Shown here piece by piece: positions 22,664-33,121 of a stretch of DNA of 64,000 nt. Location: the NCBI GenBank assembly GCA_038142325.1, contig JAYQJW010000002.1, forward strand, positions 555,328-619,327. Direction: 5' to 3'. The notes beneath the pieces were generated by a model. It was given only the letters and a program-made list of their open reading frames with translations. It was not told the origin of the DNA and searched no databases. This stretch comes from Gammaproteobacteria bacterium (GTDB lineage: Bacteria > Pseudomonadota > Gammaproteobacteria > GCA-002705445 > GCA-002716945). The translations under genes were made by a program, and so were the position numbers. Position 1 is the stretch's first letter. Every line of letters begins with the position of its first letter.

Positions 22664-23701
22664 ATGGAAGAAAATACACAAAAAGCATTAAACTCTGCAA
22701 TCAGCCAAATAGAAAAAGATCATGGAAAGGGAGCCCTAATGAAACTCGGCTCAGGGTCAGCATACCCAGATATTGAGTCTATTTCTACAGGTTCACTAAC
22801 ACTAGATACAGCCTTGGGGATAGGCGGTCTTCCAAAAGGAAGAGTGGTTGAAATATATGGCCCTGAGTCATCAGGTAAAACCACTATGGCACTGCAGGTA
22901 ATTGCTCAGGCACAAAAACAAGGTGGGACAGCTGCATTTATAGATGCAGAGCATGCCCTTGACCCTAAATATGCAGAAAACCTTGGTGTGAATATTGATG
23001 AACTTCTTCTATCACAACCTGACTCAGGTGAACAAGCGCTCGAGATAGCTGATACATTAGTAAGATCAGGTGCAATATCAACTTTAGTTGTTGATTCTGT
23101 GGCAGCCCTAACACCAAAAGCAGAAATTGATGGTGATATGGGTGATTCTCATATGGGTTTACAAGCTAGACTTATGTCACAGGCTTTAAGAAAACTAACT
23201 GCAAATATAAAAAAATCAAATACATTATTAATATTCATCAACCAAATAAGAATGAAAATTGGTGTAATGTTTGGTAGCCCTGAAACCACAACAGGGGGCA
23301 ACGCTCTCAAATTTTACTCTTCTGTAAGAATGGATATAAGACGAATAGGAGCAATCAAACAAGGTGATGAAATCATAGGTAATGAAACACGTGTTAAAGT
23401 TGTTAAAAATAAAGTTGCACCACCATTTAAAATTGCTGAATTTGATATTTATTATGGCGAGGGTGTATCCAAGGAGTCTGAGTTAATTGATCTTGGTGTG
23501 AAGTATAATATTATTGATAAGGCTGGAGCATGGTATAGCTTTGGAAGCGAAAGGATAGGGCAAGGCAAGGAAAATTCACGAATTTTCCTGAGAGAGAATG
23601 AGGATATTGCAAAACAAATTGAAGATAAAATTATTTCAATAACGCAAGGCTCAAATACCTCGATAGAAAATAATGAGGATGATGTCGAAGAATCTGAATA
23701 G
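22664..23701 (+). CDS. recA: Recombinase A
   Basis: [29 protein letters not shown]. Confidence 0.99.
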   Translation: MEENTQKALNSAISQIEKDHGKGALMKLGSGSAYPDIESISTGSLTLDTALGIGGLPKGRVVEIYGPESSGKTTMALQVIAQAQKQGGTAAFIDAEHALDPKYAENLGVNIDELLLSQPDSGEQALEIADTLVRSGAISTLVVDSVAALTPKAEIDGDMGDSHMGLQARLMSQALRKLTANIKKSNTLLIFINQIRMKIGVMFGSPETTTGGNALKFYSSVRMDIRRIGAIKQGDEIIGNETRVKVVKNKVAPPFKIAEFDIYYGEGVSKESELIDLGVKYNIIDKAGAWYSFGSERIGQGKENSRIFLRENEDIAKQIEDKIISITQGSNTSIENNEDDVEESE

Positions 23702-24143
23702 CGACATTACCAAACTCATTACAAGATATTTAAGTATCCGTGAACATTCCAGGCTAGAGCTTAAGAATAAGTTAACGGACAAAGGTTACCATCCTAAAGA
23801 TATATCTGAAGCAATTGAGGAATTTTCCTTAAAGAATATTCAGTCTGATATTCGATTTACAGAAGAATTTATAAGATCTAGATTGAAAAAAAATAAAGGT
23901 CCAAGATTAATAGCCGCAGAACTTACAGCAAGAGGTATTCCAGATAATACTGTCACTAAAAAATTATCAGAAGTGCCAGATGATCAATGGCTCAATCACA
24001 CCGTAGACGCTTTATCTAAAAAACTTAAAAGCTCAGCAATTACAATAAATGATAAAGTTAAAATATATTCGTTTCTAACTAGTCGTGGCTTTGAAAATAA
24101 GATGATAAAATACGCTATAGATGAGTGTCAAAATGAATGTTAA
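23682..24143 (+). CDS. recX: RecX regulator
   Basis: [21 protein letters not shown]; follows recA. Confidence 0.9.
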   Translation: MSKNLNSDITKLITRYLSIREHSRLELKNKLTDKGYHPKDISEAIEEFSLKNIQSDIRFTEEFIRSRLKKNKGPRLIAAELTARGIPDNTVTKKLSEVPDDQWLNHTVDALSKKLKSSAITINDKVKIYSFLTSRGFENKMIKYAIDECQNEC

Positions 24144-26706
24144 GAAACTTTTTATAGATTATTTCAAAAATAATGGACATAAAGAATATCCTTCAAGTTC
24201 ATTGATACCAAACAATGATAAATCATTGTTATTTGTGAATTCGGGCATGGTTCAATTTAAAGATATATTTCTTGGTAACCTAAAACCAAATCATAAGGCA
24301 ATAGTTACATGTCAAAAATGTATGCGGGCAGGCGGTAAGCATAATGATTTAGATAATATTGGTTTTACATCTAGACATCATTCGTTTTTCGAAATGTTAG
24401 GAAATTTTAGTTTTGGCGATTACTTCAAAGATGAAGCAATATTTTTTGCATGGGACTTTCTTATAAATCATTTAAAACTAGATAAGGATAGGCTATATGT
24501 CTCAGTTCATGACTCTGATCAAGCATCTAAAGATATATGGATAAATAAAATTAAAATAGATTCAAATAAAGTTCTAGTTCTAGGAGATGAAGATAATTTT
24601 TGGCAAATGGGAGATACTGGACCATGTGGGCCTTGTACTGAAATTTATTATGATCTAGGTGATGAATATGAAGGTGTCCTTCCAACTTTAGGAGATCCAA
24701 AAGATAGATATATTGAAATATGGAACTTAGTTTTTACACAGTACAATAAAACTGAAGATGGTTCTTTAGAAGAACTGCCACAAAAATGTGTGGATACTGG
24801 TATGGGACTAGAGAGAGTTCAATCTATTGTTGAAGGTTATGCTGATAATTATGATTCATCAATATTTAGAAGTTTGAGTGAATTCATAAAAAGTAAAATT
24901 AAAATTAATGCTAAGAATATACATATAAAAAAAATCTTACTAGATCATATAAGAGCATGTTGTCACTTAATCAGTGATAATGTGATTCCTGATCGTGACG
25001 GAAGAGGTTATGTCCTACGAAGAATATTAAGAAGATCTTCACGCTTTATATATAAATATAATATCAAAACCCCTTTTTTATTCGAATGTTCAAAGATTGT
25101 ATGTGACAACAGTCCTGATTTTCCTGAACTTAAAAAAAATAAATCTAAGATAGTAGATACAATAAGAACTGAGGAAGATAAGTATCTTAAAACATTAGGA
25201 ATAGGTATTGATCTTATTGAGACTCATTTAAAAAAAGAAAGCAAATTAGATGCGGATACAATATTTCAGCTCTATGACACATATGGATTTCCGATTGAAA
25301 TAACAGAGGAAATTGCAAAAGAAAAAAATATTGAGATTGATAAATCAGGATACGAAAAATTAATGTCTGCTCAGAAAATTAAGGCTAAGAGTAACCAGGG
25401 GTTTACTGATAAATTATCAATAAAGCTAGATACTAATCACCAAACAACCTTTGAAGGTTATGATAAAAATATTTCAAATTCTTCTGTTCTTGAAATTTAT
25501 CATGACAATGTAAAGATTGGCGTCGCAGATAAACCAGACGAGAATTACTTCATAATTCTTGATAAAACATGCTTATATCCTGAAGGTGGAGGTCAAATTT
25601 CTGATCTTGGAAAAATTTCATCAAGTAACTGTGAATTAAATGTCGAAGATGTTCAAAAAATTAATAATACAATAATACATAACTGTAAGTTAGTTTCTGG
25701 GACATTAACAGTTGGCGATAACGTAGAATCAAAATATCATACTGATTATCGTAAAAATGTTGCATCTAATCATTCTTCAACTCATCTACTTCATCATTAT
25801 CTAAGAAAAGTCTTAGGTGAACATGTTCAACAAAGAGGCTCATCTGTTACACAACAAGGATTTCGTTTTGACTTCACTCACACAAAACCAATTTCAGATA
25901 ATGAACTCTCTACTATTGAAAATAGTATTCAAGATGAGATTTACAAATCGATTGAGACTAAAAAAAATATATTGCCATATAAAGATGCAATCGAATCTGG
26001 AGCACTAGCATTTTTTGATGAAAAATATGATGATAATGTCCGTGTTGTTAATATTGGTAAAGAATCTGTTGAGCTTTGTGGAGGGACGCATGTTAATAAT
26101 ACTGCTGATATAGGAACTATAAAAATTATATCCCAAGCAAGTGTTGCAAACGGTGTGAGAAGATTAGAGTGTATTACAGGTAAGACAGCTTATGATTATA
26201 TGTCTAATAAGATATCAACACTAGATTCTGTATGTCATGAATTACAAACAACAGATGATAAAATTCTTGATAAAATTGAATCATTCAAGGATGAAATTAA
26301 AAGTCTCAAAAATAAAAATAAGCTTTACTCAAAAGATTTTTTAACTAATCTATTTAAATCTTTTACGCATACTTCAATAAATAACGATATATCATGTTAT
26401 TTAGAATCAGTAAGTCATTTAGATAATAATGAATCTAGACTTTTAACAGATATCATTAAATCTAATAACGATAAATCAATCTGTTTTTTGATTAATAAAA
26501 ATTTAGATCAAACTACTTGTTATATTTCTATTTCTAAAAATATTATTTCTAGTTATAATGCGAAAAATTTATCTAAGGAGCTTGTAAACAAGTTTAATTG
26601 CAAAGGTGGAGGCAATGATACTTTTGCAACAGTAATTTTTGACAAAGTTGATATGCAGGCATTAAAAGCATTCATAACAGAAAAAATAAATGAATTTAAT
26701 AGTTAA
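24121..26706 (+). CDS. alaS: Alanine--tRNA ligase
   Basis: NSGMVQFK, HHSFFEMLGNFSFGDYFK, DTGMGLER, editing motifs HSSTH and ELCGGTH. Confidence 0.98.
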   Translation: MSVKMNVKKLFIDYFKNNGHKEYPSSSLIPNNDKSLLFVNSGMVQFKDIFLGNLKPNHKAIVTCQKCMRAGGKHNDLDNIGFTSRHHSFFEMLGNFSFGDYFKDEAIFFAWDFLINHLKLDKDRLYVSVHDSDQASKDIWINKIKIDSNKVLVLGDEDNFWQMGDTGPCGPCTEIYYDLGDEYEGVLPTLGDPKDRYIEIWNLVFTQYNKTEDGSLEELPQKCVDTGMGLERVQSIVEGYADNYDSSIFRSLSEFIKSKIKINAKNIHIKKILLDHIRACCHLISDNVIPDRDGRGYVLRRILRRSSRFIYKYNIKTPFLFECSKIVCDNSPDFPELKKNKSKIVDTIRTEEDKYLKTLGIGIDLIETHLKKESKLDADTIFQLYDTYGFPIEITEEIAKEKNIEIDKSGYEKLMSAQKIKAKSNQGFTDKLSIKLDTNHQTTFEGYDKNISNSSVLEIYHDNVKIGVADKPDENYFIILDKTCLYPEGGGQISDLGKISSSNCELNVEDVQKINNTIIHNCKLVSGTLTVGDNVESKYHTDYRKNVASNHSSTHLLHHYLRKVLGEHVQQRGSSVTQQGFRFDFTHTKPISDNELSTIENSIQDEIYKSIETKKNILPYKDAIESGALAFFDEKYDDNVRVVNIGKESVELCGGTHVNNTADIGTIKIISQASVANGVRRLECITGKTAYDYMSNKISTLDSVCHELQTTDDKILDKIESFKDEIKSLKNKNKLYSKDFLTNLFKSFTHTSINNDISCYLESVSHLDNNESRLLTDIIKSNNDKSICFLINKNLDQTTCYISISKNIISSYNAKNLSKELVNKFNCKGGGNDTFATVIFDKVDMQALKAFITEKINEFNS

Positions 26707-27901
26707 AAAATATGGCGGTACATCAGTTGCTACTGCTACAAAAATAAAAAATATCGCAAAAAAAATTGTTGATGAATCTCGTTCATCTAAAATTGTAGTT
26801 GTACTTTCTGCAATGGGCAAAACAACTGATCAACTTGTATCTCTTGCAAATAAATGTTCTAAGAATCCAGATGGAAGAGATTATGACCTACTTGTATCAT
26901 CGGGAGAGCAGGTTAGTATTTCCTTATTATCAATGGCTATCAAACAGCTAGGCAAAGACTCCATTGCCTACACTGGGTGGCAGGCAGGAATCAAAACAAA
27001 TAACACTCATGCCTCAGCAAGGATAACTCAAATTGATACATCCAGAATTAAAAAATCTCTCAAAGAAGGTAAGATCGTAATCATTGCTGGGTTTCAAGGT
27101 ATTAATAGTGGCTCTATAACTACGCTTGGAAGAGGAGGTTCAGACACCTCTGCAGTTGCAATAGCTGCAGCATTAAAAGCCTCAGAGTGTCAAATTTATA
27201 CTGATGTTGATGGTGTTTATACAACTGATCCAAGAGTATGTAACAAAGCTAGAAAAGTTGACACTATGGCATACGAAGAAATGCTCGAAATGTCTGGTTT
27301 AGGCTCTAAAGTGTTACAATTACGTTCAGTTGAATTTGCTAGTAAATACAATGTACCCGTTCGTGTAATGCATGCACATCATGCTGGAACTGGGACATTA
27401 ATAAAAAAAGAGGAGAAAAGTGTGGAAGACGCGTTAATTACAGGCATAGCTTTTACTAAAGATGAATCAGAGATCATGATTAGAGGCGTTAAAGACTCTC
27501 CTGGTATAGCCGCATCTATATTAGGACCAATAGGTGAGGCTGATATTGAGGTTGATATGATTGTTCAAAACGTTGGTTCTGATGGATTAGCAGATTTTAC
27601 TTTTACGGTAAGCAGAAAAGATTTCAATAAAGCTATACAAGTCATTGAAAAAAATAAGAAAAAAATGAATTATGAGGAAGTTTCAGCAACTAAAAATATT
27701 GTTAAAGTGTCATTAATTGGAGTTGGAATGAGATCTCATGCGGGAATTGCTGGACAAATGTTTTCATGTCTTGCTAAGAAAAAGATTAATATCAGGATGA
27801 TTTCTACTTCTGAGATAAAAATATCTGTTGTTATTGATCAAAAAAACCTAGAAAACGCTGTTAAGGCGTTACATAATGAATTTAAGCTAGAAAGGAAATA
27901 A
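26690..27901 (+). CDS. lysC: Aspartate kinase (alpha subunit)
   Basis: [30 protein letters not shown], two ACT domains, TSEIKIS. Confidence 0.97.
   Translation: MNLIVKKYGGTSVATATKIKNIAKKIVDESRSSKIVVVLSAMGKTTDQLVSLANKCSKNPDGRDYDLLVSSGEQVSISLLSMAIKQLGKDSIAYTGWQAGIKTNNTHASARITQIDTSRIKKSLKEGKIVIIAGFQGINSGSITTLGRGGSDTSAVAIAAALKASECQIYTDVDGVYTTDPRVCNKARKVDTMAYEEMLEMSGLGSKVLQLRSVEFASKYNVPVRVMHAHHAGTGTLIKKEEKSVEDALITGIAFTKDESEIMIRGVKDSPGIAASILGPIGEADIEVDMIVQNVGSDGLADFTFTVSRKDFNKAIQVIEKNKKKMNYEEVSATKNIVKVSLIGVGMRSHAGIAGQMFSCLAKKKINIRMISTSEIKISVVIDQKNLENAVKALHNEFKLERK
27422..27901 (+). CDS. Putative nested in-frame aspartokinase beta subunit ([10 protein letters not shown]...)
   Basis: GAGGAG SD at 27410-27415, 6 nt before an in-frame GTG at 27422, exactly at the ACT-domain boundary. 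Confidence 0.65.
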   Translation: MEDALITGIAFTKDESEIMIRGVKDSPGIAASILGPIGEADIEVDMIVQNVGSDGLADFTFTVSRKDFNKAIQVIEKNKKKMNYEEVSATKNIVKVSLIGVGMRSHAGIAGQMFSCLAKKKINIRMISTSEIKISVVIDQKNLENAVKALHNEFKLERK

Positions 27902-27927
27902 TCTGGCTCGAAATGGAGGGGGTAACC

Positions 27928-28113
27928 ATGCTTATATTAACTAGGCGTGTAGGAGAAGCTTTGATGGTTGGCGATGACACTAAAATAGTAGTTTTAGGTG
28001 TTAAAGGAAGCCAAATAAGACTAGGTATCAATGCACCTAAAGATGTCAAAGTTCACAGAGAAGAGATTTACGAAAAAATAAACGTAGATACTTCTGAAAC
28101 TGCTACAAAGTAA
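27928..28113 (+). CDS. csrA: Carbon storage regulator
   Basis: [10 protein letters not shown]...VHREEIY; GGAGG SD supports start at 27928. Confidence 0.97.
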   Translation: MLILTRRVGEALMVGDDTKIVVLGVKGSQIRLGINAPKDVKVHREEIYEKINVDTSETATK

Positions 28114-28125
28114 TAATAAATACAT

Positions 28126-28213
28126 GGAGAAGTGGCTGAGTGGCTGAAAGCGGCACCCTGCTAAGGTGTTATAGGGTTATTCTCTATCGAGGGTTCGAAT
28201 CCCTCCTTCTCCA
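28126..28213 (+). tRNA. tRNA-Ser(GCT)
   Basis: GGAGAAG/CTTCTCC acceptor stem, anticodon loop CT-GCT-AA, long variable arm, GGTTCGAATCC; CCA not encoded. Confidence 0.95.
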
Positions 28214-28327
28214 GACTCACTTATATCGTGAAAAAGAAACAATATTATTATTTTATCTAATTAGCTGTTATCCCACATAATAATAATGTATCTTAGTAGG
28301 TAAAGGGATAATCAGGGGGAGAACGAA

Positions 28328-29260
28328 ATGATACATAAGTTATCAGCACTACTAATATTTGGTACATCATCTATAGTTTTTGCTGGAGGCAACGTAAATC
28401 AAACTCAAGATAATACCAATTCTTACATCAACGGCTCATTTAAAGCTTCGTACGGGTCTATAGATTTCAGTCGCTCCGATAATGATTCAATTACTACTTC
28501 TGAATCAGCTGACTATTTGCCATTTGAATTTGAGGCATGGACTACTAGTCACTTATCAAATAATAAAGAGGCTATGTTTAGGATTAAATATTCAAAGTAT
28601 AATCCTTTAAGGTATCACTCTAGCGGGTCTGCAAACCCTGATCACACACCTAATTTATCTTTTTCAGCTGAGGCACTTTTATTGAAAGACTATGGTAAGT
28701 CCACTTCTTTTACTGGTTTAAACTATATTAGAAATAGATTATATGGAAAAACACAAGAAGGCCACTCAAATGAGGGTTATCATACAACATTCCATGGTTC
28801 TCTTGGCGGTGTTTACAGCATTAATAACTCTAATCATTCTCTTTTAAGCATCGGAATAGCTTCAAACAGTTCAAATAATAATATGATGCATTCAGATGAA
28901 ATTATTTATCTCCACCTTTCACATCACATGGTATTTAATGATAAATTCAGTGCGAATATATCTCATACAGATTATCAATTTGAAAGCAAAGATGCAGGAA
29001 GTATTGATGAGGACAATAAGGATTATCAACATACTGAGATTGGTTTTAATTATATGCTAAATAAAAATGTACTGTCACTTGAATTCGGTAGGATAGATGT
29101 AACAGACGGTAACGACAGTGAAGTTGATAAAGCAGATACGTATATGCTTTCATACAGTATTCCGTTTGGACAGAAAGTATCAAAAAGAACAAAAGTGATA
29201 GCAAACAGTAGACCTGATATTGAGTTTATGATCGGCTTTACATCTGGTCCAATGGAATAA
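28328..29260 (+). CDS. Hypothetical exported protein, probable outer-membrane beta-barrel
   Basis: Signal-peptide-like N-terminus ending VFA; alternating hydrophobic/aromatic strands (EIGFNY, LSLEFG, LSYSIPF); GGGGAG SD. Confidence 0.6.
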   Translation: MIHKLSALLIFGTSSIVFAGGNVNQTQDNTNSYINGSFKASYGSIDFSRSDNDSITTSESADYLPFEFEAWTTSHLSNNKEAMFRIKYSKYNPLRYHSSGSANPDHTPNLSFSAEALLLKDYGKSTSFTGLNYIRNRLYGKTQEGHSNEGYHTTFHGSLGGVYSINNSNHSLLSIGIASNSSNNNMMHSDEIIYLHLSHHMVFNDKFSANISHTDYQFESKDAGSIDEDNKDYQHTEIGFNYMLNKNVLSLEFGRIDVTDGNDSEVDKADTYMLSYSIPFGQKVSKRTKVIANSRPDIEFMIGFTSGPME

Positions 29261-29269
29261 AGCAGCTTT

Positions 29270-30679
29270 TTATATTTCATTATTTGATGACAGTTTTTTA
29301 AATGCTTTTAATGCCCTGTCTCTGGTAATTGCTAAATCTACGATTTGTTTTGGATAGTCAAGGCCAAGTTTCACACCACAGCTATTTAAACTCTCATCAT
29401 CAAGTTCACCAGGTAAGTGTATGTACTTATTAGGGATATTTTTTAATTCTGGTACGTATTTTCTAATATACTGGCCATCAGGATCAAATTTTTTGCTTTG
29501 TGTTACAGGGTTAAAAATTCTGAAGTAGGGCGCTGCATCTGCTCCTGTACCAGCAACCCATTGCCAACTTGCACTATTACTTGCAATATCTGCATCAACA
29601 AGCGTGTCCCAAAACCATTCTTGGCCGTATTTCCAATGAATTAAAAGGTTTTTAACAAGAAATGAACCAACAATCATCCTGACACGATTATGCATATAAC
29701 CGGTATTCCAGAGTTGCCTCATTCCTGCATCAACTATGGGATATCCAGTAAGACCTTTCTGCCATTTAATTAAATTATCCTTGTTATTTTCCCATTGAAA
29801 CGTATCAAACTTCTTTTGTAAATTACTATGAGTTAGATGAGGAAAGTGAAATAAAAGATGATATGAAAATTCTCTCCACACAAGCTCCTTATAGAATATT
29901 TCACTGTCTTGATTATCATTATCTTGTATAGACTGAGCTATCTGTCTAATTGAAATCTCTCCAAATCTTATGTGAGGTGATAGCATGGATGTCATTGGTA
30001 AATCCGGCCTGTTTCTTCCCTCAGAGTAGCCATTTAATCCGCTATTTATGAATATATCTAATTTTTCTCTAGCACCTTGTTCGCCAGGTTTCCAAGATTC
30101 ATATAATTTTCTATGCCAACTTTCATCTGGAAATGTCTTGTCTATTAATGAATTATTATCTTTTTCATTTGATGTTAGAACATACCTCAATACTTTGGAA
30201 TCATAATCATAGGATTCATATTTAAGATCACTATACTTTTGTTTATAAAATGGCGTGTAAACTTTGAAAGGAGTGCCGTCCTTTTTTAGGGTAATCTTCG
30301 GGTTTTTAAGTAATGTTGAGTGAAATATATTTACGGTAACTCCATGATTATTCAATGATTTTTCAATGTCATTGTCTAATTGAATTTCATTTTGTGAGTA
30401 TCTTGCATTCCAGCAAATTGCGCTAATATTATACTTATCTACTAACTTTTGAATCAGTGATTTCGTATCCCCATTTACTAAAACAAGGTTCCCATTCATT
30501 GATTTATCTAGAGACTTTAAACTGTTTTTTAACCACCATTTGCTACTTGAACCCAAATCATGTGATTCATCATTTATGTAAACTGGCAGAACCTTGTAGT
30601 TATTTTTCAGACAGAAATTAATGGTCGAGTTATCTTCTAACCTGAGGTCATTTCTAAACCAAATAAGACAATTTTTCAT
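29270..30679 (-). CDS. phrB: CPD DNA photolyase
   Basis: WFRNDLRLEDN, SMLSPHIRFG, WREF, TGYPIVDAGMRQL, GYMHNRVRM, WQWVAG, APYFRIFNP. Confidence 0.95.
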   Translation of the reverse strand: MKNCLIWFRNDLRLEDNSTINFCLKNNYKVLPVYINDESHDLGSSSKWWLKNSLKSLDKSMNGNLVLVNGDTKSLIQKLVDKYNISAICWNARYSQNEIQLDNDIEKSLNNHGVTVNIFHSTLLKNPKITLKKDGTPFKVYTPFYKQKYSDLKYESYDYDSKVLRYVLTSNEKDNNSLIDKTFPDESWHRKLYESWKPGEQGAREKLDIFINSGLNGYSEGRNRPDLPMTSMLSPHIRFGEISIRQIAQSIQDNDNQDSEIFYKELVWREFSYHLLFHFPHLTHSNLQKKFDTFQWENNKDNLIKWQKGLTGYPIVDAGMRQLWNTGYMHNRVRMIVGSFLVKNLLIHWKYGQEWFWDTLVDADIASNSASWQWVAGTGADAAPYFRIFNPVTQSKKFDPDGQYIRKYVPELKNIPNKYIHLPGELDDESLNSCGVKLGLDYPKQIVDLAITRDRALKAFKKLSSNNEI

Positions 30680-30789
30680 TACTAATAATCCTTAATTTAA
30701 TAGCTGCAAATCATTTGCTCTTGTAAAAGATTATCAGAGGTAAGTGGTAATATCATCTACTTAAGTGAGCAAGAGTGTATAATAAGATC

Positions 30790-31719
30790 ATGTCTATAAG
30801 CGTAGAATATTTAATCATCTTTTTCTTATTGATATGTACAACATATCTTTTGTTTAAAACTAAAAATACAAGTGATAACAATCATATAGATAATAATAAT
30901 GATTCTAATCTAGAAGAATTAAAAGATGCAATTAAAGATCTAGAGCGTGCTACTCAGCAGAATTCGTCAAATATGAATGAAATGTACACTTTGCTGACCA
31001 AAGGGGGTTCAGTTGCGGGTAAATTTGGCGAGATTAATTTAAAAACGATACTGGAAAGCGCAGGATTTAAGCAGGGCGTGAATTACGATGAGCAAAAGGG
31101 TGTAGGCGGCTCCATTCCTGACATAGTCATTAAATTGCCAGATAAGAAAAAAGTAGTAATAGACTCAAAAGTTTCATTGTCAGATTATAATGATTATCTA
31201 AAAGCGCCTGATGATCTAAATAAGGAAAACTCCTTCAAAAAACACCAAATATCTGTTAAAAATCATTTAAAATCATTAACATCTTCTAATTATCGTGAAC
31301 TTTTTGGTGATGAATCTCTTGATTTAATTATTATGTTTATGCCAATTGAGGGTGCATATATGCTTGCATGTGATGATGATATGATCAGAAAGGCTGCTAA
31401 CGAAAAAATAGCGATAGTTGGCCCAACCACGCTGATAGCTATCCTACAAATTATATCGCGTATTTGGACTAGCAAGCGACAATCAGAGGCAACTAATGAA
31501 ATAATTCGTGCTGCAACTGATATTTATGATAAAACCAGGCTAGTAGGCGAAGCGTTTGAGGATTTTGAAAAGTATTTGGAGCAAGCAAATCGATCTATCT
31601 CATCTGGGAGAACTAGAACTAAAAACCTTGTTTCCAAAGTTGAAAAAATGCGTAAAATAGGTGGCTTGGAACCTACTAAGAATATCTCTGATAAACTTAG
31701 AGTAATAGACAAAGAATGA
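30790..31719 (+). CDS. rmuC: DNA recombination protein RmuC (short form)
   Basis: N-terminal TM; GKFGE, PDIVIKLP, IDSKVSL, MFMPIEGA, GPTTL. Confidence 0.9.
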   Translation: MSISVEYLIIFFLLICTTYLLFKTKNTSDNNHIDNNNDSNLEELKDAIKDLERATQQNSSNMNEMYTLLTKGGSVAGKFGEINLKTILESAGFKQGVNYDEQKGVGGSIPDIVIKLPDKKKVVIDSKVSLSDYNDYLKAPDDLNKENSFKKHQISVKNHLKSLTSSNYRELFGDESLDLIIMFMPIEGAYMLACDDDMIRKAANEKIAIVGPTTLIAILQIISRIWTSKRQSEATNEIIRAATDIYDKTRLVGEAFEDFEKYLEQANRSISSGRTRTKNLVSKVEKMRKIGGLEPTKNISDKLRVIDKE

Positions 31720-31720
31720 T

Positions 31721-31793
31721 GCGCCTGTAGCTCAGGGGATAGAGCAATGGTTTTCTAAACCATCGGTCGGAGGTTCGAATCCTTCCAGGCGTG
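31721..31793 (+). tRNA. tRNA-Arg(TCT)
   Basis: GCGCCTG/CAGGCGT acceptor stem, ATGGT-TT-TCT-AA-ACCAT anticodon arm, GGTTCGAATCC; CCA not encoded. Confidence 0.95.
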
Positions 31794-31870
31794 TTTCAGG
31801 TTCATGTGTGAAAATATGCGATTAATTGTACTAAAAATATGATATTAATTTTGACATCGGAGGTCGAGCA

Positions 31871-32266
31871 ATGAATATTAATCCTATCTTAATTCTAGTT
31901 TCAATATGGAGCGGCGTAATAATTTTTTTCTCAGCTGTTGTAGCACCAACAGTTTTTAAATCACTAGGAGAAAAAGAAGCAGGTATGTTTTTAAGGGCGT
32001 TTTTTCCAAAGTATTATATCTTTGGTGGAGTTATAGGTATAACTTCTATCGTTTATTTACTAATCACACCTATTTCTGGGCTTTTGTTAAGCATGGTAAT
32101 TGCAATGACACTTTTAACCATCTTTGGCAAAATGCTAATACCTGTTATCAATAATGCAAGAGATTCAGGAAACGAAAATAGTTTTAAAAGGTATCATTTA
32201 TTGAGTGTTATGATGAATGTTGTAACTCTTATTTTAGGTATAGTGGTTTTAGGTATGCATATATAA
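31871..32266 (+). CDS. DUF4149 domain membrane protein
   Basis: FFSAVVAPTVFKSL...AG-FLR-FFPKYY...P-IN-ARD...FK-YH-LSV--N pattern, 4 TM. Confidence 0.8.
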   Translation: MNINPILILVSIWSGVIIFFSAVVAPTVFKSLGEKEAGMFLRAFFPKYYIFGGVIGITSIVYLLITPISGLLLSMVIAMTLLTIFGKMLIPVINNARDSGNENSFKRYHLLSVMMNVVTLILGIVVLGMHI

Positions 32267-33121
32267 ATGATATATAAAACAATAATATCTGCAGATGAAT
32301 TAAGAAAAAATATTGATAATAAAGATTTCATAATTTTCGATTCTAGATGTGACATTAAAGATCAAGGATACGGAATAGACTCTTATACAGAAGGGCATAT
32401 ACCAAATTCTATTTTTGTCGATATAGACAACGATTTAGCGAGCGAAAAACAACCTGGAACTGGCAGACATCCGCTACCGGATGTAGATAAGTTTTGCGAG
32501 AAATTATCTCATTGGGGTATGAGCAACAATAAGCAGGTTGTTATATATGACGATGCAGGAGGTGCTTTTGCGGGCCGTATGTGGTGGATGATGAAATGGT
32601 TAGGGCATGACTTAGTTGCAGTATTAGATGGCGGAGTAAATTCTTGGGTGAAAGAGGGTAATAAACTGGTAACATCACCGACTATTTTTGAAAAATCATA
32701 TTTTGAGCCAAATGTTCGAAACGATATGATTGCCCAGGTGAGCGATGTTGAAGAAGCACAATTTAAAATGAACACTATACTTTTAGATGCAAGGTCTAAG
32801 GAAAGATATGATGGTCTAAATGACCCCGTTGATCCTGTTGCTGGACACGTTCCAGGGGCTATCTCTCACCCATTAGGTAATAATTTGAATAGAACGTCTA
32901 AATTTCGCTCGAAAGAAGAGCTTATACATAACTTTGGTAAAATATCTCAAGAATTAAATACAAAAGAGATTATTTCTATGTGCGGATCGGGCATTACTGC
33001 ATGTCATAATATACTTGCACTTGAGATATCAGGTATTAAAAACGTTAAACTTTATGTAGGCTCTTGGAGTGAATGGATTACAGATCCAAATAGACCTATA
33101 GTCACTATCAAGCCTAGTTAA
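32267..33121 (+). CDS. sseA: Tandem rhodanese sulfurtransferase (3-mercaptopyruvate/thiosulfate)
   Basis: GHIP, GRHPLP, DAR, GHVPGA, CGSGITAC, YVGSWSEW. Confidence 0.9.
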   Translation: MIYKTIISADELRKNIDNKDFIIFDSRCDIKDQGYGIDSYTEGHIPNSIFVDIDNDLASEKQPGTGRHPLPDVDKFCEKLSHWGMSNNKQVVIYDDAGGAFAGRMWWMMKWLGHDLVAVLDGGVNSWVKEGNKLVTSPTIFEKSYFEPNVRNDMIAQVSDVEEAQFKMNTILLDARSKERYDGLNDPVDPVAGHVPGAISHPLGNNLNRTSKFRSKEELIHNFGKISQELNTKEIISMCGSGITACHNILALEISGIKNVKLYVGSWSEWITDPNRPIVTIKPS

